Of a DNA stretch of 64,000 nt, positions 1-9,343 are shown in pieces. The translations under genes and the position numbers were made by a program. Below the pieces are notes generated by a model. That model did not search any database and was not told the DNA's origin. It saw only the letters and a program-made list of their open reading frames with translations. The stretch covers positions 21,598 to 85,597 of the forward strand of contig CAYRFI010000001.1 of assembly GCA_964423595.1 (NCBI GenBank), read 5' to 3'. The stretch comes from an uncultured Thermoanaerobaculia bacterium. Its GTDB lineage: Bacteria; Acidobacteriota; Thermoanaerobaculia; Thermoanaerobaculales; Sulfomarinibacteraceae. Position 1 is the first letter of the stretch, and each line of letters opens with the position of its first letter.

Positions 1-2
1 GC

Positions 3-314
3 ACCATCCCAGACGAGGAGCTTTTCCGGTCGTACGAGGACGAGTTCCACGGCGTCCTGATGAACAAGGCGACACGCAAGCGTCACTCCAACGTGCTCTA
101 CCACGTGCTCGGCTACCTCAAGAACGTTCTCGATCCATTCGAAAAGCGGGAAGCGGTGGCGTTGATCGAAGACTATCGCAACGATCTCGTACCGCTTGTG
201 GTTCCAATTACTCTTCTCCGCCACCACATCGCCAAGCACGGGGTCGACTACATGCGGGGCCAGCTCTACCTCGAGCCGCATCCGCGGGAGCTCATGCTGC
301 GCAACCGCGTCTGA
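3..314 (+). CDS. 3' part of a YbgA-like DUF1722 protein (5' end lies upstream of the window)
   Basis: Frame is open from base 3. The C-terminus HVLGYLKN...LVPLVVPITLLRHHI...YLEPHPRELMLRN resembles the E. coli YbgA C-terminal region as I recall it. Stop TGA at 312-314. Confidence 0.55.
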   Translation, partial: TIPDEELFRSYEDEFHGVLMNKATRKRHSNVLYHVLGYLKNVLDPFEKREAVALIEDYRNDLVPLVVPITLLRHHIAKHGVDYMRGQLYLEPHPRELMLRNRV

Positions 315-390
315 GCACCATACCCCTGGTCGAGGGTTCATTTGACGCACAGCCCTTGCGGTCCGGTTTTCCAATCCGCAGCCACTCTGT

Positions 391-485
391 AACCGCGAAG
401 ACGCGAAGAGCGCAAAGACCGTCACGAAGGAAAACTCGAGATATCACCTTTGCGCTTTCTTTGCGTCTTTGCGTCTTTGCGTTTT
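391..485 (+). repeat. Long imperfect hairpin built from about 8-nt periodic repeats (GACGCNAA / TTTGCGTC arms)
   Basis: Left arm AACCGCGAAGACGCGAAGAGCGCAAAGACC (391-420) pairs with right arm CCTTTGCGCTTTCTTTGCGTCTTTGCG (447-473). There is an 8-bp core GCGCAAAG/CTTTGCGC plus a roughly 15-bp extension whose only non-Watson-Crick positions are G-U when folded as + strand RNA. Confidence 0.7.
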
Positions 486-545
486 CAACGAGGTACCCTT
501 AGCGGTAGCTGCCTTGTCAACGCGACAACGAAAAACGCAACAAAT

Positions 546-567
546 GGGCGGAGCCTTGACTCCGCCC
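546..567 (-). terminator. Terminator-like hairpin 3' of the gene remnant
   Basis: GGGCGGAG-N6-CTCCGCCC, followed on the - strand by a T-rich run (ATTTGTTGCGTTTTT). It parallels the hairpin downstream of the intact paralog at 5985-6003. Confidence 0.45.
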
Positions 568-590
568 ATTCTCTCCGGAGGGGGAGGGAC

Positions 591-680
591 TCTACGTCTC
601 GGGATGAGCTCGAAGGGCTTGAACGCCGAAATGATCGGCTGCACGGCATTGACCCGCAGCTCGACGGGCCAGTCGGACAC
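591..680 (-). pseudogene. Remnant of the 3' end of a Spy/CpxP-like gene (paralog of 6028-6477)
   Basis: CGGGATGAGCTCGAAGGGCTTGAACGCCGAAATGATCGGCTGCACG (600-645) closely matches 6037-6082. It encodes ...VQPIISAFKPFELIPRR versus ...VQPIIPAFKLFELIPRR. The stop codon position is mutated (TCT instead of TCA on the + strand) and no N-terminal part is present. Confidence 0.45.
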
Positions 681-780
681 CCTCGGACAAGAGCACCGGT
701 GTCCCGCGGGGCGCCCTGAGCGCGCGTTCCGACAGCCCTGCTATAGTGGTGGGAGGAAACAGATCTCAAAAGCGGAATTC

Positions 781-2697
781 ATGGCACGCCTCAAGACGCT
801 CAGGCGCCTCCTGGTGGTGGGGAACTCGCCGAACATCGCGCAACGCGCGCGGGAGCTGCTCGTGAAGGACGGGTACCGTCCCGCCGACTTGGAGGTGGTC
901 ACGACGCTGCGGCACGCGCGCGAGGCGCTCGCTGCGGCGGAGTGGGACGCGGTCCTCCTCGAGCTCGACCTCCCCGACAGCCGCGGCCTTGACACGCTGC
1001 GCGCCATCCTTGTGGCGGACGACGCTCTCCCGGTGGTCGCCCTGACCGATCACGCCGACCGCGAGCTTGCGGTGGCGGCGCTCGCCGAAGGGACGCAGGA
1101 CTTCGTGGTGACGACCGACCTCAGTGCCTCTTCCATGGGGCGGATTCTCGAGGATGCGGTCGCCCGCAAGACGGCCGAGAAAAGGCTGAAGCGGAGCGAG
1201 GCCCGATACCGGCTGCTGACGGAGCACGCCCTCGATCTGATCTGGATGATGAGTCCCGACCTCGAATTCACCTACGTCAGCCCCGCGATCACTGCCCTGA
1301 GCGGTTATACGCCGGAGGAGGTCGTCGGCACGCGGCTCGCCCAGTATGTTGCACCCCACGATTTCGAGGCGCTGCTCGCAATTGTGGCCGAAGAGCTCGC
1401 ACGATACCCCGAAGATCGTGGGGTGATCGCCTCCACAACCCTCATCGCCAAGGATGGGGAGCAGGTCCCGGTCGAGGTTCACGCCAAGTTCGTCCGGGAC
1501 GAGGACGGCGCGCCCGTCGCGCTGCACGGAATTGCGCGCAACATCAGCGAGCGGAATCGCGCTGAAACGGAACGTCGGCTGCTGCAGACGCAGCTCGCCC
1601 ACGCCCAGAGGATGGAGTCGATCGGTCGGCTGGCGAGCGGGGTCGCCCACGACTTCAACAACCTGCTGCAGGCCCTCACCGGGACCATCCAGGCGTTGCG
1701 GCGGCGCGGCGCCGACGCCTCTGACTTCGAATCGGACCTCGCCCACCTCGATCTGCTGGTGGAGCGAGGCTCGCGGCTCACCCGTCAACTGCTCATGTTC
1801 TCGCGCCGTGACGCCGAGCGCCCGATCGCTTTGGACCTCAACCGGTTGTTGAGTCACAACGCGAACATGCTTCGCCGCCTGCTGCCGGAGACAATCGAGA
1901 TTCAACACGAGCTGTGTGACCAGCCACTGGGCATCATGATCGATCCGGGGCGCATCGAGCAGGTGGTCGTGAACCTGGCGGTCAACGCCGCGGACGCCAT
2001 GCCGGTCCACGGCCGTCTCACCTTCCGCACCGGTGCCGATCACGGCTCGGCCCTGCTCGAAGTGGAGGACACGGGGACCGGCATCCCGGACGACCTCCAC
2101 GACAAGGTGTTTGATCCGTTCTTCACCACCAAGGAAGCCGGTACAGGCACCGGGCTCGGGCTGTCGGTGGTGCGCGGCATCGTCACCGAGGCAGGCGGCA
2201 CGATCGACCTCGGCACCACGCCGGCCGGCGGCACCATGTTCACGGTCAGGCTGCCACTGCTCGACGCCAAGGGACAGCTCACCCCGGTCCCCGGAACCGG
2301 CGGCATCGTGCGCGGCAGAGGCGAGCGCGTGCTGGTGGTGGACGACGACGAGAACGTCCGTACGGGGATCGAGCAGATGCTGAAGCTGCTCGGCTACCAC
2401 GTCGTCGCCGCCGACGGCCGGCAGGGCGCCCTCGCCGCGGTGGCCGAGGGTTCCTTCGGCCTGCTGCTCACCGACATGGTGCTCGCCGACGGCAGCGGGA
2501 TCGAGATTGCCACCGAGCTCCAGTCACACCAGCCCGGCCTGCCAGTGGTTCTGATGTCCGGCTACAGCCCCGAGATCGCGGACAGCGGCTCCCTTCTGGA
2601 ACGCAGCTTTTTGCAAAAGCCTTTCACCCTCGAGCTCTTGGCGCAGGCGGTACGAGCGGCGCTGGATGAGGGAGCAGCCGGGGACGAGGGTTGTTGA
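781..2697 (+). CDS. Hybrid sensor histidine kinase (REC-PAS-HisKA-HATPase-REC)
   Basis: Start chosen at [14 protein letters not shown] (REC domain, ...[13 protein letters not shown]...). Also present: a PAS region, the H-box [16 protein letters not shown], the ATPase motifs DTGTGIP and GTGLGLS, and a C-terminal REC ([10 protein letters not shown]...[13 protein letters not shown]). The longer ORF from 469 runs through the repeat region. Confidence 0.85.
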   Translation: MARLKTLRRLLVVGNSPNIAQRARELLVKDGYRPADLEVVTTLRHAREALAAAEWDAVLLELDLPDSRGLDTLRAILVADDALPVVALTDHADRELAVAALAEGTQDFVVTTDLSASSMGRILEDAVARKTAEKRLKRSEARYRLLTEHALDLIWMMSPDLEFTYVSPAITALSGYTPEEVVGTRLAQYVAPHDFEALLAIVAEELARYPEDRGVIASTTLIAKDGEQVPVEVHAKFVRDEDGAPVALHGIARNISERNRAETERRLLQTQLAHAQRMESIGRLASGVAHDFNNLLQALTGTIQALRRRGADASDFESDLAHLDLLVERGSRLTRQLLMFSRRDAERPIALDLNRLLSHNANMLRRLLPETIEIQHELCDQPLGIMIDPGRIEQVVVNLAVNAADAMPVHGRLTFRTGADHGSALLEVEDTGTGIPDDLHDKVFDPFFTTKEAGTGTGLGLSVVRGIVTEAGGTIDLGTTPAGGTMFTVRLPLLDAKGQLTPVPGTGGIVRGRGERVLVVDDDENVRTGIEQMLKLLGYHVVAADGRQGALAAVAEGSFGLLLTDMVLADGSGIEIATELQSHQPGLPVVLMSGYSPEIADSGSLLERSFLQKPFTLELLAQAVRAALDEGAAGDEGC

Positions 2698-2720
2698 ACT
2701 GTTCGTCTGGGGGGAGTCTT

Positions 2721-5708
2721 ATGTCCGACAAGGAAACCACTGGGCCATCACCGCGGTTCGCGCCGGCGGGCGCCGTGATCGGCGTCCTCATCGCGATGGT
2801 AGTGGTAATCGTCGGTGCCGGGTCGTGGTTCTACGTTTCCCAGCGGCATTCGATCCAGCTCAAGGTCGAAAACGACCTGACTGCCATCGCCGAGCTGAAG
2901 CTGGGCCAGATCCAGGAGTGGAGGGCCGAACGGCTCGACGACGCGGAGCTGCTGGGCACCGACCCGATGTTCGTTCGAGCGGCCGTGAGTTTTCTCAGTT
3001 CAGCCAACAGCGGCGACCGCGAGGCGCTCCTGGGCAGGTTCCGCGCGGTGGCCGCGGCGCGGAAATACGAGGAGATCGCGCTGTTTGCCGCCGACGATCC
3101 GACCACCAGCACCCGGGGTCTCGTCCTCCACCCAAGCCTTTCCCTCGCCGATAACCTGCACGAGCTCCACCCCGACGCGGTTACCGCCGTTGCCGTCGCC
3201 CTGGGCGAGGGGCGCCCGGCCTTCTCCGATCTGCACCGAGGACCGTCGGGGCTCCCGCCTCACCTCGATATCGTCGCGCCGCTCGTCGACCCCGGGGGGA
3301 GCGGAAAGCCGCTCGGTGCGGTCGTCCTTCGCAGCGATGCTGCCGATTACCTCTACCCTCTCATCCAATCCTGGCCGGTCTCGAGTCGTACCGCCGAAAC
3401 CCTGCTCGTGCGCCGCGACGGCGATCAGGTCCTCTTCTTGAACGATATCCGTCACCGGAAGAAAGCCGCGCTCGAGCTCCGCCTCCCCGCGGACCAATCC
3501 GACCTACCGGCGGCAATGGCGATCGGCGGCGCCGAGGGGTTCGTCCACGGGTGCGACTACCGCGGCATCGAGGTGCTTGCCGTCGCGCGGGTCGTTCCGG
3601 AGACGAGCTGGCACATGATTACGAAGGTCGACCGGGAGGAGGCCCTCGCTGACTGGGAGAGGCGCGCCCCCCTCATTCTCGCGCTGCTGGCCGGGTTGGT
3701 GATCACCGCCGTTTCGACGACTCTATTGCTCTGGCAGCGCAACGCCAAGTCCTACTTCAAGACCCTGTACGAGACCGAGGCGGCGCACCGCCTCACCGAG
3801 GCCCGATACACTGCCACCCTGCTGAGCCTCGGCGACGGCGTGATCGCCGCCGACCCCGAGGGCCGGGTCGAACTGATGAACCCGGTTGCCGAGGAGCTGA
3901 CCGGCTGGCCCCAGGCCGAGGCCCGGGGCCGGACGATCGACGAGGTCTTTCGGATCGTAAGGGAGACAGACAGGGCGCCGGCCGAAAGCCCGGTTGAGAA
4001 GATCCTCCGCGAGGGCCGCATCGGCGGGCTCGCGAACCACACCCTGCTGGTCGCGCGAGACGGCTCCGAACGCCCGATCGCCAACACCGGCGCACCGATT
4101 CGCGACCCAGAGAACCAGGTCTTCGGCGCGGTCATCGTGTTCCGCGATCTGACCGAGGAGCGCAACGCGATCGCCGAGCTGCGCGACGGCGAGCGGCGCT
4201 ACCGGCTGCTCGCCGACAACACCCTGGATGTGATCTGGCAGATGGACCTCGAGGCCCGCTTCACCTATGTCAATCCCGCGATTCAACAGCTGTTCGGTTA
4301 TGCGCCCGAGGAGTTCATCGGGACCTCGCTCGCCGACCACTGCGACCCAGAGCACCTCGAGGAGCTCCTGAAAGTCATCGCTCACCAGCTCGAAGCGCTT
4401 GGTGATCACGATGGTGTTGTCGTCGAGACCGTCATGCTCCATCGTGACGGCCACGAAATCCCCGTCGAGGTGCACGGCAAAGTCCTGACCGACGAGTCCG
4501 GCGCACCGGTCGCGTTACAGGGCACGACGCGCGACCTCGGCGAACGCAAGCGGTTCGAGGATCAACTGCTGAAGTCGCAGAAGCTCGAGGCCGTGGGCCG
4601 GCTGGCGGGCGGGGTCGCCCACGACTTCAACAACATGCTTCAGGCCATCGTCGGCCACACCGAGATCGCCATTGAAAAGGGCGGCGGCGATGCCAGCCTC
4701 CTCGCCACCCTGCAGGAGATCCTTGAGGCCGCCCGTCGTTCCGCGGACCTCACCCGCCGGCTCCTCGGGTTCGCCCGCCGCCAGCCCACCCAGCCCGCGG
4801 TGCTCGACCTCAATGACGCCGTCGCTCGTATGCTGACGATGCTGCGTCCGATCATCGGCGAGGACATCGACTTGCTGTGGAAGCCGGGCGACGGGCTGTG
4901 GCCGGTGTTCCTCGACCCGTCACAGCTGGACCAGATACTGACAAATCTGGCGGCCAACGCCCGCGACGCCATCGCCGGTGTCGGCAAGGTCGTCATCGAA
5001 TCGGCCAACGCCAGCTTCGAAGCCGAATACTGCGCCGGTCATGCCGATGTGAAACCCGGTGAGTACGTGATGCTGGCGGTGAGCGACAACGGCTGCGGCA
5101 TGGACCGCGAGACCCTCGATCACGTCTTCGAACCTTTCTACACCACCAAGGAAAAGGGGGCGGGGACCGGTCTCGGGCTCGCCACGGTGTACGGCATCGT
5201 GCGTCAGAACGCAGGCTTCGTCAACGTCTACAGTGAGCCCGACGGAGGCACCACGTTCAAGATCTACCTCCCCAGGTGCCGGAAGGATCAGACCGAGGCG
5301 CCGTTTTCCGGCCGAACCCAGGCGTCCTACCCGCGCGGTGACGAGACTGTGCTGGTCGTCGAGGACGAACCGTCGATCCTGAGCATGTGCCAGCAGATGT
5401 TTGAACGGCTCGGCTACTCGGTGCTCACCGCGGGGACCCCCGGCGACGCGTTACGCACCGTGGAGGAGTACCGGGGCCCCATCCACCTCCTCCTCACCGA
5501 CGTCGTGATGCCGGAGATGACCGGCCTCGAGCTCGCGCACACCTTGCAGGAATCCAACACCGCCCTGAAGTGCCTTTACATGTCGGGTTACACCGGTAGT
5601 GCCGTCGCGCAACGGGATATCCTGGACCAGGGCCTGAAATTCATCCAGAAGCCGTTCAGCCTCAACGACCTCGCCGACAGAGTCCGCGAGGTGCTCGACG
5701 AATCCTAG
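2721..5708 (+). CDS. Hybrid sensor histidine kinase with periplasmic Cache-like domain, PAS repeats and C-terminal REC
   Basis: ATG 2721 is preceded by GGGGAG. Two TM helices flank a roughly 280-aa extracytoplasmic region (..DYRGIEVLAVARVVPETSWHMITKVD..). Two or three PAS domains, the H-box [29 protein letters not shown], and a REC (VLVVEDEPSI..LLLTDVVMPEMTG). Stop TAG at 5706-5708. Confidence 0.85.
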   Translation: MSDKETTGPSPRFAPAGAVIGVLIAMVVVIVGAGSWFYVSQRHSIQLKVENDLTAIAELKLGQIQEWRAERLDDAELLGTDPMFVRAAVSFLSSANSGDREALLGRFRAVAAARKYEEIALFAADDPTTSTRGLVLHPSLSLADNLHELHPDAVTAVAVALGEGRPAFSDLHRGPSGLPPHLDIVAPLVDPGGSGKPLGAVVLRSDAADYLYPLIQSWPVSSRTAETLLVRRDGDQVLFLNDIRHRKKAALELRLPADQSDLPAAMAIGGAEGFVHGCDYRGIEVLAVARVVPETSWHMITKVDREEALADWERRAPLILALLAGLVITAVSTTLLLWQRNAKSYFKTLYETEAAHRLTEARYTATLLSLGDGVIAADPEGRVELMNPVAEELTGWPQAEARGRTIDEVFRIVRETDRAPAESPVEKILREGRIGGLANHTLLVARDGSERPIANTGAPIRDPENQVFGAVIVFRDLTEERNAIAELRDGERRYRLLADNTLDVIWQMDLEARFTYVNPAIQQLFGYAPEEFIGTSLADHCDPEHLEELLKVIAHQLEALGDHDGVVVETVMLHRDGHEIPVEVHGKVLTDESGAPVALQGTTRDLGERKRFEDQLLKSQKLEAVGRLAGGVAHDFNNMLQAIVGHTEIAIEKGGGDASLLATLQEILEAARRSADLTRRLLGFARRQPTQPAVLDLNDAVARMLTMLRPIIGEDIDLLWKPGDGLWPVFLDPSQLDQILTNLAANARDAIAGVGKVVIESANASFEAEYCAGHADVKPGEYVMLAVSDNGCGMDRETLDHVFEPFYTTKEKGAGTGLGLATVYGIVRQNAGFVNVYSEPDGGTTFKIYLPRCRKDQTEAPFSGRTQASYPRGDETVLVVEDEPSILSMCQQMFERLGYSVLTAGTPGDALRTVEEYRGPIHLLLTDVVMPEMTGLELAHTLQESNTALKCLYMSGYTGSAVAQRDILDQGLKFIQKPFSLNDLADRVREVLDES

Positions 5709-5888
5709 CCCGCATTATTCATGAAGTCTCTACTGCGGGCGACGATGCACAACACCCCGCGGTGTTTTCTCGCCTCGGGGTGCTCCACGTACCGTCAAGT
5801 ACGCGTCCGCGCCCCTCAGGTCGCAAACCCCACGGGGAATGGCACCTCGCCGCCCTCGCGACGAGACCTCATGAATAATGCGGGCTAG
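5705..5888. mobile_element. MITE copy A (176-bp element 5709-5884 plus 4-bp CTAG direct repeats)
   Basis: Perfect terminal inverted repeats CCCGCATTATTCATGA...TCATGAATAATGCGGG. Flanked by CTAG (5705-5708) and CTAG (5885-5888). No coding capacity. By my base-by-base comparison it is identical to the reverse complement of 58451-58626. Confidence 0.85.
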
Positions 5889-5970
5889 GCTGATTCGAAC
5901 CGTGGTGGTTTCAGCCGCCAACCGTGATGACACGGGGCCGCGATCAGCCAGAACTGCGCCTGCTGCATGG

Positions 5971-6003
5971 ACACACAATAAACAGCGGGGCTTGAGGCCC
6001 CGC
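5971..6003 (-). terminator. Rho-independent-type terminator of the Spy-like gene
   Basis: GCGGGGC-TTGAG-GCCCCGC (5985-6003), followed on the - strand by TGTTTATTGTGTGT. It lies 25 nt past the stop at 6028. Confidence 0.6.
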
Positions 6004-6027
6004 CGTCGGCCACCGGAGGGGGAACGT

Positions 6028-6477
6028 TCAGCGCCGCGGGATGAGCTCGAAGAGCTTGAAGGCCGGGATGATCGGCTGTACGTCGTCGGCGCGGGCGACA
6101 AAATGGAGCTTTCGCGCCTGTGCCTCGTCGAGCAACGCCACAAAGTCCTCGTGGTAGATGAGGTGGACCTCGACGAGCTGCTCCGTGAGGTCACGGCGCT
6201 CGATGAATAGCGCACCCACTTCGGCCGGGTCCGGCTCTTCCACCTCGAACAGCGCGTCGATCTCCTCCTGGACAGCAGCAATCGCCTCCTTGAGAGGTTG
6301 CTCCGCGTCGCGGTGGATCTGATAGATCACATCCCACGCAGCGGCCTGTTCGGGGGTCAGACTGAGGAAGGCGACCACGGCGTTGTGGGACGCCTCGACG
6401 ATCGGCGGCGGCTCCTCCTGGGCGAATACCGGTGTCACCAATACAAGTGCAATCAGCGCAGCCAAGATCTTCTTCAT
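6028..6477 (-). CDS. Periplasmic Spy/CpxP-family (LTxxQ) protein
   Basis: Start at MKKILAALIALVLVTPVFAQE (signal peptide), preceded by GGAGAGA. LTxxQ-like motifs LSLTPEQAAAW and LDEAQARKL; helical acidic protein of 149 aa. Confidence 0.6.
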   Translation of the reverse strand: MKKILAALIALVLVTPVFAQEEPPPIVEASHNAVVAFLSLTPEQAAAWDVIYQIHRDAEQPLKEAIAAVQEEIDALFEVEEPDPAEVGALFIERRDLTEQLVEVHLIYHEDFVALLDEAQARKLHFVARADDVQPIIPAFKLFELIPRR

Positions 6478-6560
6478 CTGTCTCTCCTTTCCTTCAAATT
6501 CAGCTTTGTTTGAGTGATCACTCCGCGTCATGGCGTTCTGACGGAGGAATCCGCAGCAGG

Positions 6561-6611
6561 TTGACAGGCGCTTTTCGAGGATCTATCGTTGTTCTAGATA
6601 GAACGTTCTAG
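6561..6611 (+). promoter_or_regulatory. Sigma70-like promoter with overlapping palindromic operator upstream of tetR and the BMC operon
   Basis: TTGACA (6561-6566), 17 nt, TATCGT (6584-6589). Palindrome GTTCTAGATAGAAC (6591-6604), nested TCTATC...GATAGA (6582-6602), and a third GTTCTAG at 6605-6611. Confidence 0.5.
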
Positions 6612-6641
6612 TTATTTTGATCTTTTTCTGCTGGAGAACCC

Positions 6642-7316
6642 TTGGGGCCGCGTCAAACCACAACCCGGGAACGCCTGATCACCACCGCCGCCGAGCTCTT
6701 TCGGCGCCAGGGTTATGCCCACACCGGGGTCAATCAGATCATTCAGGAGGCAAACGCGACCAGCGGCAGCTTTTACCACTTCTTTCCGGCCAAGGAGGAT
6801 CTGCTGCTGGCGGTGGTCGATCACATCGCCGAAGTCTTCGAAACCGGGATCTTCGATCCCGCCGCGGATCGATCCGATGACCCCATCGAGGAGATCTTCA
6901 TGATCCTCGATCTCTACCGTCGGCAGCTCGACGACGGTGGCTTCACCTTCGGTTCACCGATGGCAAGCCTGTCGGCCGAGGTTTCGGAAAATCACCCTGA
7001 GGTCAGGGCCAGGCTGGCCGAGATCTTGAGCTCATGGACCGGCCGCATCGAGGAGTTGCTGCGGAATGCGGGGGAGCGCCTGCCGAGGAGCATCGATCGC
7101 AGCGCCCTCGCCCAGCTCATCGTCTGCACGATGGAGGGCGCAGTCCTCGGCACCCGTTTGCGGCGCAGCCTGGCGCCCTTCGATGCGTCCGTGGGTCAGC
7201 TCCGAACCTACCTCGATCTTCTCGACAGCCGGAAGGAGCACCACGCGACTGTCCCGGCCGCGAGAAGGGTGCCTTCGGTCTCGCGGCCACAGCCTGCGGA
7301 TTGGAGAAGCTGGTGA
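6642..7316 (+). CDS. TetR/AcrR-family transcriptional regulator
   Basis: N-terminal HTH TRERLITTAAELFRRQGYAHTGVNQIIQEANATSGSFYHFFPAKEDLL. TTG start. Stop TGA at 7314-7316 overlaps the GTG of the next gene (GTGA). Confidence 0.85.
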   Translation: MGPRQTTTRERLITTAAELFRRQGYAHTGVNQIIQEANATSGSFYHFFPAKEDLLLAVVDHIAEVFETGIFDPAADRSDDPIEEIFMILDLYRRQLDDGGFTFGSPMASLSAEVSENHPEVRARLAEILSSWTGRIEELLRNAGERLPRSIDRSALAQLIVCTMEGAVLGTRLRRSLAPFDASVGQLRTYLDLLDSRKEHHATVPAARRVPSVSRPQPADWRSW

Positions 7317-7900
7317 ACAGCATTGACAACCATGCCGGCAACCCAGCTATCACGGAGGAAGAGATCCGACAGTTGGTGAGCGTGGTGGTCGACGAGGCGA
7401 TGGCCGTCAAAAGGACAGACGCGCCGAAAAACCCCGAGACCATCGCCATCGGCGCTGACCACGCCGGATACGAGCTCAAGCAGGCGATCACCGAACACCT
7501 GCGTCAGCAGGGCCTCGCCGTTCACGATTGCGGGTGTGTCAACACCGAGGCGGTCGATTACCCTGACTTCGCGCATGCGGTCGCAAACCTGGTTGGCACC
7601 GGCGTCTGCCGGTGGGGCATCATCGTTGACGGCGCCGGTATCGGCTCGTGTATCGTCGCCAACAAGGTGCCCGGGGTGCGCGCCGCCCTCTGCTACGACC
7701 TCTCGTCGGCCCGTAACAGCCGTGAGCACAACCACGCCAACGTCCTCACCCTCGGTGCCGGATTGATCGGTATGGGCCTCGCGCGTCAGATCGTCGACGA
7801 GTGGCTGGCCACGCCGTGGGGCCCGGACCGTCACGCGCGCCGGGTGGCCAAGATCACCGACATCGAGCACCGCTACCTGCGGCCGGGAGCCGAAGCATGA
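7313..7900 (+). CDS. rpiB: RpiB/LacA/LacB-family sugar-phosphate isomerase with N-terminal extension (putative encapsulation peptide)
   Basis: Core IAIGADHAGYELKQAITEHL...GIIVDGAGIGSCIVANKVPGVRAAL...REHNHANVLTLGA. About 45 extra N-terminal residues include the amphipathic EEEIRQLVSVVVDEAMAV. The GTG 7313 start is inferred from the GTGA overlap; an internal ATG start (at MAVKRTD) would lack the extension. Confidence 0.8.
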   Translation: MNSIDNHAGNPAITEEEIRQLVSVVVDEAMAVKRTDAPKNPETIAIGADHAGYELKQAITEHLRQQGLAVHDCGCVNTEAVDYPDFAHAVANLVGTGVCRWGIIVDGAGIGSCIVANKVPGVRAALCYDLSSARNSREHNHANVLTLGAGLIGMGLARQIVDEWLATPWGPDRHARRVAKITDIEHRYLRPGAEA

Positions 7901-8727
7901 TCGATCGCAACGAGCTCATCGAGGCCGTCACCCGCCAGGTGCTGGCGACTCTCGCCGGCCAACCCGCCGACCAGGGTCTGGAAAACGCACCCCAGGTGGT
8001 GGCCAACGGCGCCGCCCGCCTCGGCTACTGCGGCGCCGCCGCCGCCGTGCCGAAGGACCTGGCGCAGTACATCGACCACACCCTGCTGCGGCCCGACGCC
8101 TCCTCTGCCGATATCGATCGTCTCTGCGACGAGGCGGCGGAGTACGGGTTTGCCGCGGTCTGCATCAACCCCTCATGGGTGGCGCGAGCCAAGAAGCGCT
8201 TGCGCGGTTCCAACATCACGGTGGCCTCGGTGGTTGGCTTCCCTCTCGGCGCCAACACCCCCGAGATCAAGGCGATGGAGGCGCGCCGAGCGCTGCGGGA
8301 CGGCGCGCGTGAGATCGACATGGTGATCAACATCGGCGCCCTCAAAGGCGGCGAGCATGACCTCGTGCGGCGTGACATCGCCGGCGTGTCGGACGCCTGC
8401 CGCGAGGTCGGGGCGCTCAATAAGGTGATCATCGAGGCCGCGTATTTGACCGACGAGGAGAAGGTGATCGCGTGCCGGCTCGCGGTCGCCGGGCGCGCCC
8501 ACTACGTCAAGACCTCGACCGGCTTCGGGCCGGGCGGGGCAACTGTATTTGACGTTGCTCTGATGCGCGAGGTCGTCGGCGCCAAGGTTGGCGTCAAAGC
8601 GGCCGGCGGCATCCACACCGCGGCCGAGGTGCGCGAGATGATCACCGCCGGGGCGACGCGCATCGGGGCGTCGGCCGGCGTCCGCATCGTCTCGGGTGAG
8701 GAAGGAGAGTCCGGTGGACAATATTGA
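7897..8727 (+). CDS. deoC: Deoxyribose-phosphate aldolase with N-terminal extension (putative encapsulation peptide)
   Basis: Core ..[38 protein letters not shown]...VKTSTGF...VKAAGGI. About 50 extra N-terminal residues start [25 protein letters not shown] overlap with the rpiB stop. Confidence 0.85.
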   Translation: MIDRNELIEAVTRQVLATLAGQPADQGLENAPQVVANGAARLGYCGAAAAVPKDLAQYIDHTLLRPDASSADIDRLCDEAAEYGFAAVCINPSWVARAKKRLRGSNITVASVVGFPLGANTPEIKAMEARRALRDGAREIDMVINIGALKGGEHDLVRRDIAGVSDACREVGALNKVIIEAAYLTDEEKVIACRLAVAGRAHYVKTSTGFGPGGATVFDVALMREVVGAKVGVKAAGGIHTAAEVREMITAGATRIGASAGVRIVSGEEGESGGQY

Positions 8728-9340
8728 CCTTCGCTCTTACGTTTTCCTGGATTCGCTGCAGCCCCAGTACGCGGCGTTCCTCGGCACCGTCGCACAGGGC
8801 TTCCTGCCGCTGGCCGGCGACGCTTCGCTGTGGGTGGAGATCTCGCCGGGGATCGAGATCAACCGGCTCACCGACGTCGCCCTCAAGGCGACCCACGTGC
8901 GGCCCGGGATGCAGATCGTCGAACGCTTCTATGGCCTGCTCGAGGTGCACTCCGAGTCACAGGCCGACACCCGCGCAGCCGGCGCCGCCATCCTGGCGGA
9001 GATCGGGCTCGAGGAGAAGGACCGCCGCAAACCGAAAATCCTCTCGAGCCAGGTCATCCGCCACCTCGACGACCACCAGGTGCAGCTCATCAACCGCATG
9101 CGGCACGGCCACATGATCATCCCCAAGCAGACCCTGTACGTGCTCGAGGTCGAACCGGCGGCCTACGCGGCGCTCGCGGCCAATGAGGCCGAGAACGCCG
9201 CCGAGATCAACATTCTCGAGGTGCGGGCCTTCGGCTCGATGGGCCGGGTCTACCTCGGTGGAGAGGAGCGGGATATCGATGTCGGGTGGCGCGCGGCGGT
9301 CGCCGCCATCGAGGGCGTGGAAGGAAGAGAAGAAAAGTGA
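8714..9340 (+). CDS. Tandem-domain BMC shell protein (BMC-T type)
   Basis: Two BMC-like halves: ..[31 protein letters not shown].. and ..[39 protein letters not shown]... GTG 8714 is preceded by GAAGGAGAG. The alternative GTG 8696 overlaps deoC more. Confidence 0.65.
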   Translation: MDNIDLRSYVFLDSLQPQYAAFLGTVAQGFLPLAGDASLWVEISPGIEINRLTDVALKATHVRPGMQIVERFYGLLEVHSESQADTRAAGAAILAEIGLEEKDRRKPKILSSQVIRHLDDHQVQLINRMRHGHMIIPKQTLYVLEVEPAAYAALAANEAENAAEINILEVRAFGSMGRVYLGGEERDIDVGWRAAVAAIEGVEGREEK

Positions 9341-9343
9341 TCA

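Noticed and set aside
469-780. N-terminal 104 codons of the track ORF 469-2697 as part of the kinase
   Set aside because: This stretch is translated from the periodic-repeat hairpin, the terminator hairpin and the antisense strand of the Spy-like remnant. The REC domain begins exactly at Met 781.
5892-5901. GGTTCGAATC (- strand), resembling a tRNA T-loop just outside MITE copy A
   Set aside because: The flanking bases cannot form a T-stem, and no acceptor or anticodon arms can be drawn. I found no tRNA in the window.
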